DNA of 40,114 bases from a virus (Duplodnaviria; Caudoviricetes): the IMG/VR virus record IMGVR_UViG_3300042814_000132, positions 1 through 40,114 of that record. One strand, written 5' to 3'. The position numbers and the translations under genes are program-made. Below are positions 35,762 to 40,114 of the stretch, one piece after another. Below the pieces are notes generated by a model, which worked only from the letters and a program-made list of their open reading frames with translations, ran no database searches and had not been told where the DNA came from. Position 1 is the first letter of the stretch. The number at the start of each line of letters is the position of its first letter.

Positions 35762-36247
35762 CTAGGGCCAACCCCCGCACGATTCACGGAGTTTATGCGC
35801 ACGCTCTCGCTGCCTGGCGGCCCTGCATGCACGGCAACGGCGGGCAACGCGCCCGTCCGGTCGGTGTTCGAGATAGGTGTTCTCCGGGGTGAACGCATGC
35901 CCGTGCTTGCAATGCGTCTGCTTCTGCCCGTGGGTTCTGCCCTTCGCCGCCGTGTCCCTGTTATTGTCCGCTACCGTCCCTAAGAAGAGATGTGCCACTT
36001 CATAGCAGGACGGATTGTCACATTTATGAAGCACCCATTGGCCATCAGGAATCGGACCGTTGGCTTGCTCCCAGACGAGGCGGTGAACCCTGACGAGTTT
36101 GCCGTTCTTCCCGCCATACTGGCGCAGGCCGTACCCGTCTCTGTCTCTTGCTTGCGCCCATTCCTTGCACGGAACGCTTCGCCAATCGTCTGCGGGGTTG
36201 TCGGTGAGGGGGAACGCCAACTGATGCACGCGTGCTACACTCGCCAC
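35762..36247 (-). CDS. HNH endonuclease
   Basis: DGYG...VHRLVW...VLHKCDNPSC...HLFLGT..DN; THCKHGH...CRAC; AGGAGG SD before GTG. Confidence 0.9.
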   Translation of the reverse strand: MASVARVHQLAFPLTDNPADDWRSVPCKEWAQARDRDGYGLRQYGGKNGKLVRVHRLVWEQANGPIPDGQWVLHKCDNPSCYEVAHLFLGTVADNNRDTAAKGRTHGQKQTHCKHGHAFTPENTYLEHRPDGRVARRCRACRAARQRERAHKLRESCGGWP

Positions 36248-36336
36248 GTCGAACCTCCTAGATAGGTCTCGACAACGCCGTTCGGTGGCTCCAATCACCG
36301 GGCGGCATTCGCTATTTGACTGCCTACATTATAGCA
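36233..36336. promoter_or_regulatory. HNH leader (sense -10, two hairpins, antisense -10)
   Basis: TGCTATAAT on minus at 36328-36; TGCTACACT on plus at 36233-41; near-identical to the 16.6 kb leader. Confidence 0.75.
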
Positions 36337-36357
36337 GATTTAGCCCATTGGGATGGG

Positions 36358-37032
36358 CTAGGGATGAGATCCGCAGCCCCAGTATTTCGCCGGGTTGATC
36401 GCCTTCAAGAACTGGCTCGTGTAGTACGCCTGGGCAAAGTTGCTCTTGGGATGCACGCCGTCCCAGCCGTACGGGATGCCAATCCAGTAGACCGGCATCC
36501 CCGTCATATCAACGTAGGTTGCCCCGTACTGCTCTGCCTTCGCCTTGTTCACATCCTCCAGCCCCTGCCACACGGCCTGGAAGTCCTGCGCCCAGTTGAA
36601 CGGCGGGGGCTTGACGCTCTGCTGCCCCTGGGCTGCGAGTGGGGTCATGCCGACGACGATGATCTGTGTCGGCTGCACGGCCATTGCGAGGATCGCGGTC
36701 ATCATCGTATCCCAGGCAGCCGCGTAGGTGGTCGGGTTATTGAGGTCATCGGCATAGAAGAAGTCATTCGTGCCGTACTCGATGATTAGCTTGGCGGGCG
36801 TGTACGGCACGATGCGGACGGGGACGCCCGTGGCGCCGCTGTTCCCGGTGATGGTTTGCAGCGTGGTGCCGCCGATTGCGCCTCGGGTGAGGTCGGCCGG
36901 GCTGACTCCCTTGCCGACCCGCGTCCAGCCCATAACGTTACAGACGCCGTCAAACCAGCGACCGCCGCCATAGATGGTTGGATCCATCGTGCTGTCGCTG
37001 ACGCTATCCCCGTAGACTTCAGCCGTCGGCAT
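36358..37032 (-). CDS. SGNH/GDSL hydrolase (probably virion-associated esterase)
   Basis: GDS, GTND and DGVHP blocks. Confidence 0.85.
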   Translation of the reverse strand: MPTAEVYGDSVSDSTMDPTIYGGGRWFDGVCNVMGWTRVGKGVSPADLTRGAIGGTTLQTITGNSGATGVPVRIVPYTPAKLIIEYGTNDFFYADDLNNPTTYAAAWDTMMTAILAMAVQPTQIIVVGMTPLAAQGQQSVKPPPFNWAQDFQAVWQGLEDVNKAKAEQYGATYVDMTGMPVYWIGIPYGWDGVHPKSNFAQAYYTSQFLKAINPAKYWGCGSHP

Positions 37033-37501
37033 CGGCTGCCTCCTGCGGCAGTTGCTCGGCAAAGCGCATCGCCAGATCAAGGAACTGCTGGCGCGTCATG
37101 GGCGGCTCCTCCGGCTGCGGTCGCTCCTCCGGCGGCACATAGGGCAGGACGGGAGCCGCGTGCCGCTCGCCGTCATCGTTCAAATGCCAGTGCCCGCCCA
37201 GTCGCTCCACATGCCCGCGGACCTCCTCCACCGCTCGCGCACGCTTCTTCTTGCCGTGATGGACGCGGTGCGCGACGTGGAGTGCCTGGGCGCCGGGATC
37301 CCCATGCACGGGGACGTAGACGGTGTGCCGCCCGTTCTCATCTTCCACCTCGGGACTGACGAGGAGCGTTTCGTCCAGCCCCAGTTCCGGGTGCCCCGCG
37401 ACCAGGGGAGGATGCGTCCAGTCAGCGATGGTGAATGTATGCTCTACGCCGTCATGTACCATCGTCGCCTTGCCGTGCTTGTCAAGGTCCGTGAACTGCA
37501 T
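37019..37501 (-). CDS. Hypothetical protein
   Basis: GGAGGAG SD. Confidence 0.6.
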   Translation of the reverse strand: MQFTDLDKHGKATMVHDGVEHTFTIADWTHPPLVAGHPELGLDETLLVSPEVEDENGRHTVYVPVHGDPGAQALHVAHRVHHGKKKRARAVEEVRGHVERLGGHWHLNDDGERHAAPVLPYVPPEERPQPEEPPMTRQQFLDLAMRFAEQLPQEAADADG

Positions 37502-37513
37502 CGCTCGCTCCTC

Positions 37514-38470
37514 CTAGAACGTGATCGTATCAACGATGAGCGTCGCTCCGGTGATGAACGTGTCCGCGTTGGCCGCGCTCCCGACGACGTCGATCGTCGC
37601 GAAGGTGTCGCTGAAGTTGGTCACGGTCGGATTGGCGAGGAGGTTGGCTTGCGACGATCCTGTCATGTCAACGATGGGAGCGGCGGGAATCCCGTTCATA
37701 CGGATGAAGGGGATCGTGAACTGGTGATGCTCATTCGTGCTATTGGTACGGAAGCGGCAGTTGAACGGCAACTTCTGGTAACGATGGCGAACGCGAAGCC
37801 ACTCCTCTACCGGGTCGAGCGGCACGTAGGGCACGGGCCCCGGCGTTTGGGTGAGCATGAAGTTGTCGAGGTAGTAGGTGGCATTCTGCTGCGCCACGAA
37901 GCCGACATAGATAATGCTCGCGTTGCTGGCAATCACGCCCGTTGCCGTCAGGGTCGTGAAGGCTCCCAGCGCGGTGACCTGCCCGTTGTAGATATTGAAG
38001 TCATCCTGGAGGAAGACGTAGCCGGACGCGGCCGCCGCGCCGATCACACGCCCGCTCACACTGAGTTGCTTACTGCGGTACTTCTCCACTTCAACGGTGA
38101 TTTGATAGATGGTCGCTCCGCTGCCGTTGCTGTCAAACTTCAGGCTCGTGGCGCTGCCGTCCACCGTGCCCGTGTCTCGCGTGCTGTGCCCACCCAGGAC
38201 GATCCAGCCGTCCGCTCCTGCCTGTGCCTGTGCCGCGCTCCCATCAATGGGGCCATTGCCGCGCTGCCAGATTTCAAAGCCTGGGTTGGTGAGGATATTC
38301 TTCTCGTACTGCGGCACCTGGGAGAGCGCGGCGCCAACGATCTTATCGGTATTGGTCCCCAGGAGCATTTCCTGGGTGTAGCGCCCAAAGTCCAGGATGT
38401 TGTTCCAGTCCGTCGTCGTCACCTGATCATTCACGGCACGGTAGGTGCCCAGGCTAGGTTTGGTGGTCAA
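37514..38470 (-). CDS. Tail fiber/receptor-binding-type protein
   Basis: NILTNPGFEIWQRG carbohydrate-binding-like start and EEWLRVRHRYQK motif; paralog of 39275-40114. Confidence 0.65.
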   Translation of the reverse strand: MTTKPSLGTYRAVNDQVTTTDWNNILDFGRYTQEMLLGTNTDKIVGAALSQVPQYEKNILTNPGFEIWQRGNGPIDGSAAQAQAGADGWIVLGGHSTRDTGTVDGSATSLKFDSNGSGATIYQITVEVEKYRSKQLSVSGRVIGAAAASGYVFLQDDFNIYNGQVTALGAFTTLTATGVIASNASIIYVGFVAQQNATYYLDNFMLTQTPGPVPYVPLDPVEEWLRVRHRYQKLPFNCRFRTNSTNEHHQFTIPFIRMNGIPAAPIVDMTGSSQANLLANPTVTNFSDTFATIDVVGSAANADTFITGATLIVDTITF

Positions 38471-38517
38471 AATCGCACCCCCTTTATCCTATTGTTGTGC
38501 GGTAAACTCGGATGGGT

Positions 38518-38616
38518 TATAATGAAGTCGTTGCCAACGAAATGCCCTCACGTTGCTCTAACAGCGTGAGGGCGCACACCGGAAAGGTGAGTTTCCGATG
38601 CCAGCCAAGGGTAGCA
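38518..38616. promoter_or_regulatory. HNH leader (sense -10, two hairpins, antisense -10)
   Basis: TATAAT on plus at 38518-23; GCCCTCACG..CGTGAGGGC; CGGAAA..TTTCCG before ATG; TGCTACCCT on minus at 38608-16. Confidence 0.7.
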
Positions 38617-39317
38617 TCACCGTCCCCAAGGTGGAATGTCAGTGTGCGCGTTGTGGCAAGACGTACTTCGTCTGGCCCTCCATACTCGCTGCTGGGCGGA
38701 AGAGGTATTGTTCTCGCGAATGCGCACGGGAAAGCCAGAAAAAGCCTGACGGTGAACGATTCAAGACAACCGTCGCCTTCACCTGCGGGCACTGTGGCGT
38801 GACGTTCTATCGGCCCCCATCCTCCCATGCCAAGCATTGCTCTCGCACGTGCTCACGCGCCGTGCAAGTAGGTGAGCGCGCCCCTCGATGGCGCAACGGC
38901 CATTCATTGCCCCACACGTGGACGCGCGTGGATCGCACCTGCGAGCACTGCGGCAAGACGTTCCACGTCAAGGCATCCGCCGTTCGCTATTCAGGTGCGC
39001 GCTATTGTTCCGTCAAGTGCCATAACGACGCGCGCCGCTTGCCCGATGTGGAAACCCATCGGTTGCGCGGCTCTTACCGCTATGCCGCTTGGCGAACCAA
39101 AGTGGTGACGCGCGACCGCTACACGTGCCAGCGATGCGGGCAGACGCGGGGCAAACTGAACGCGCATCACGTCAAGCCGTGGGCGAAGCACCCCGAACTT
39201 CGATTCGATGTGTCGAACGGCATCACCCTCTGCATTCCCTGCCATCGCGCCGTCCATCGCGGCGATAACTGGGCCTACGGCTCACTGACCAGTGTGAGCG
39301 TGTCTTCGATGCTATAG
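38598..39317 (+). CDS. HNH endonuclease with zinc-finger repeats
   Basis: Three CxxC...CSxxC units; RDRYTCQRCG...AHHVKP...NGITLCIPCH. Confidence 0.9.
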   Translation: MPAKGSITVPKVECQCARCGKTYFVWPSILAAGRKRYCSRECARESQKKPDGERFKTTVAFTCGHCGVTFYRPPSSHAKHCSRTCSRAVQVGERAPRWRNGHSLPHTWTRVDRTCEHCGKTFHVKASAVRYSGARYCSVKCHNDARRLPDVETHRLRGSYRYAAWRTKVVTRDRYTCQRCGQTRGKLNAHHVKPWAKHPELRFDVSNGITLCIPCHRAVHRGDNWAYGSLTSVSVSSML

Positions 39318-40114
39318 GTGTCGGTCGTCGTATTCGTGGCAACAATCTCAGCGCGGCACGCGTCCGCGTTGATGTCCGCTGCCGAGTAGCCGGTGACGTT
39401 GTTCCGTGTCCCCGCCGTGATCGTCACCGTGGGCGCCGCCATCATCCGCACGGGATAGATGACGGTCGTGTCACGAAACTCGGTGGCCTGGAGCGTGCGG
39501 AACCGCTGGCTGCTGACCACCTTCTGATAGTGGCGCAGACAGCGTTCAAGCTCCTGATCGGGCGGGAGAGCAACATAGGTCAGACCCGTCACACTGCCTT
39601 CCACGACGATGGCATTATCTGCCGCGAACGCGGTGCTGCCGGAGACAGAGTCAAAGATTATCTGTGCCCAGCCAGTCGTGGGTGCATTATTGAAGGTGAG
39701 TGTGCATTGCAAGAGGGTGAACTGCCCCGCCACACTGCGTGAAGACTGCGCCCCGGCAATGCCGTCATACAACTGCATGTATGCGCCGCCACCTGTCGCG
39801 CAATAGACGAGCGCGGAAAAGGTGAGCGTCCTGCCGGCATACTCCGCAAAGTTCTCGATCTTGTGGACGAGCTGGCAGTTTCCCGTGCTGACCTGGGTAT
39901 AGGTGCCGCTCGCCATGTACTTACTATTGGGCACGGTGGCCGCGCCCTGGCTGACACTGATGGTGCTGGTGGCATTATTGAGAAACCAGCCGTCGGCAGT
40001 GAGCGCCCCGTTCGTCGTGAATGGCCCTGGGCCACGCTGCCAGATCTCGAAACCACCATTTGTCAGGAGGTTGTCATAGTAGCCCTGGACGCCCAGGACG
40101 CTGCCAATGGCAAT
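39275..40114 (-). CDS. Tail fiber/receptor-binding-type protein (5'-partial)
   Basis: Frame is open to the window end; NLLTNGGFEIWQRG and QELERCLRHYQK motifs. Confidence 0.7.
   Translation of the reverse strand: MAIGSVLGVQGYYDNLLTNGGFEIWQRGPGPFTTNGALTADGWFLNNATSTISVSQGAATVPNSKYMASGTYTQVSTGNCQLVHKIENFAEYAGRTLTFSALVYCATGGGAYMQLYDGIAGAQSSRSVAGQFTLLQCTLTFNNAPTTGWAQIIFDSVSGSTAFAADNAIVVEGSVTGLTYVALPPDQELERCLRHYQKVVSSQRFRTLQATEFRDTTVIYPVRMMAAPTVTITAGTRNNVTGYSAADINADACRAEIVATNTTTDTYSIEDTLTLVSEP

Noticed and set aside
1-40114. tRNA, rRNA, reverse transcriptase/DGR, group I or II introns
   Set aside because: None recognised by eye; tRNAscan-SE and Infernal would be needed to exclude them formally.

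Overview
A ~40 kb, GC-rich, gene-dense segment of a temperate tailed (siphovirus-like) phage. Phage genes lie on both sides of the integrase, so this looks like a free or circularly permuted genome. The tail tube and tape-measure genes lie outside the window. Minus strand 0.7-23.5 kb: head-tail connectors, capsid E, decoration protein, Mu-like protease, portal, intein-containing TerL, TerS, a late regulator, a DpdA/TGT-like plus QueF-like pair (probable 7-deazaguanine DNA modification), a replication initiator with internal iterons, intein-containing Bet/RecT and Cro. Plus strand 23.7-31 kb: repressor, ImmA/IrrE protease, large serine integrase and an early accessory operon. Minus strand 31.2-40.1 kb: tail/receptor proteins, SGNH esterase, endolysin and LL-H holin. 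Three patterns stand out. (1) Nine free-standing HNH endonuclease genes; at least five sit in a gene terminus next to a diverged replacement copy of that terminus, leaving the old end as a remnant or fused in frame to the nuclease. (2) Six HNH genes and a WYL gene share a leader: sense -10, two hairpins, SD/start, plus a convergent -10 in the first codons, predicting a ~60-nt cis-antisense RNA. (3) A 53-58 bp hairpin mini-element occurs five times, three of them nested inside each other between terL and the portal gene. All calls come from reading motifs by eye; no database searches were run.
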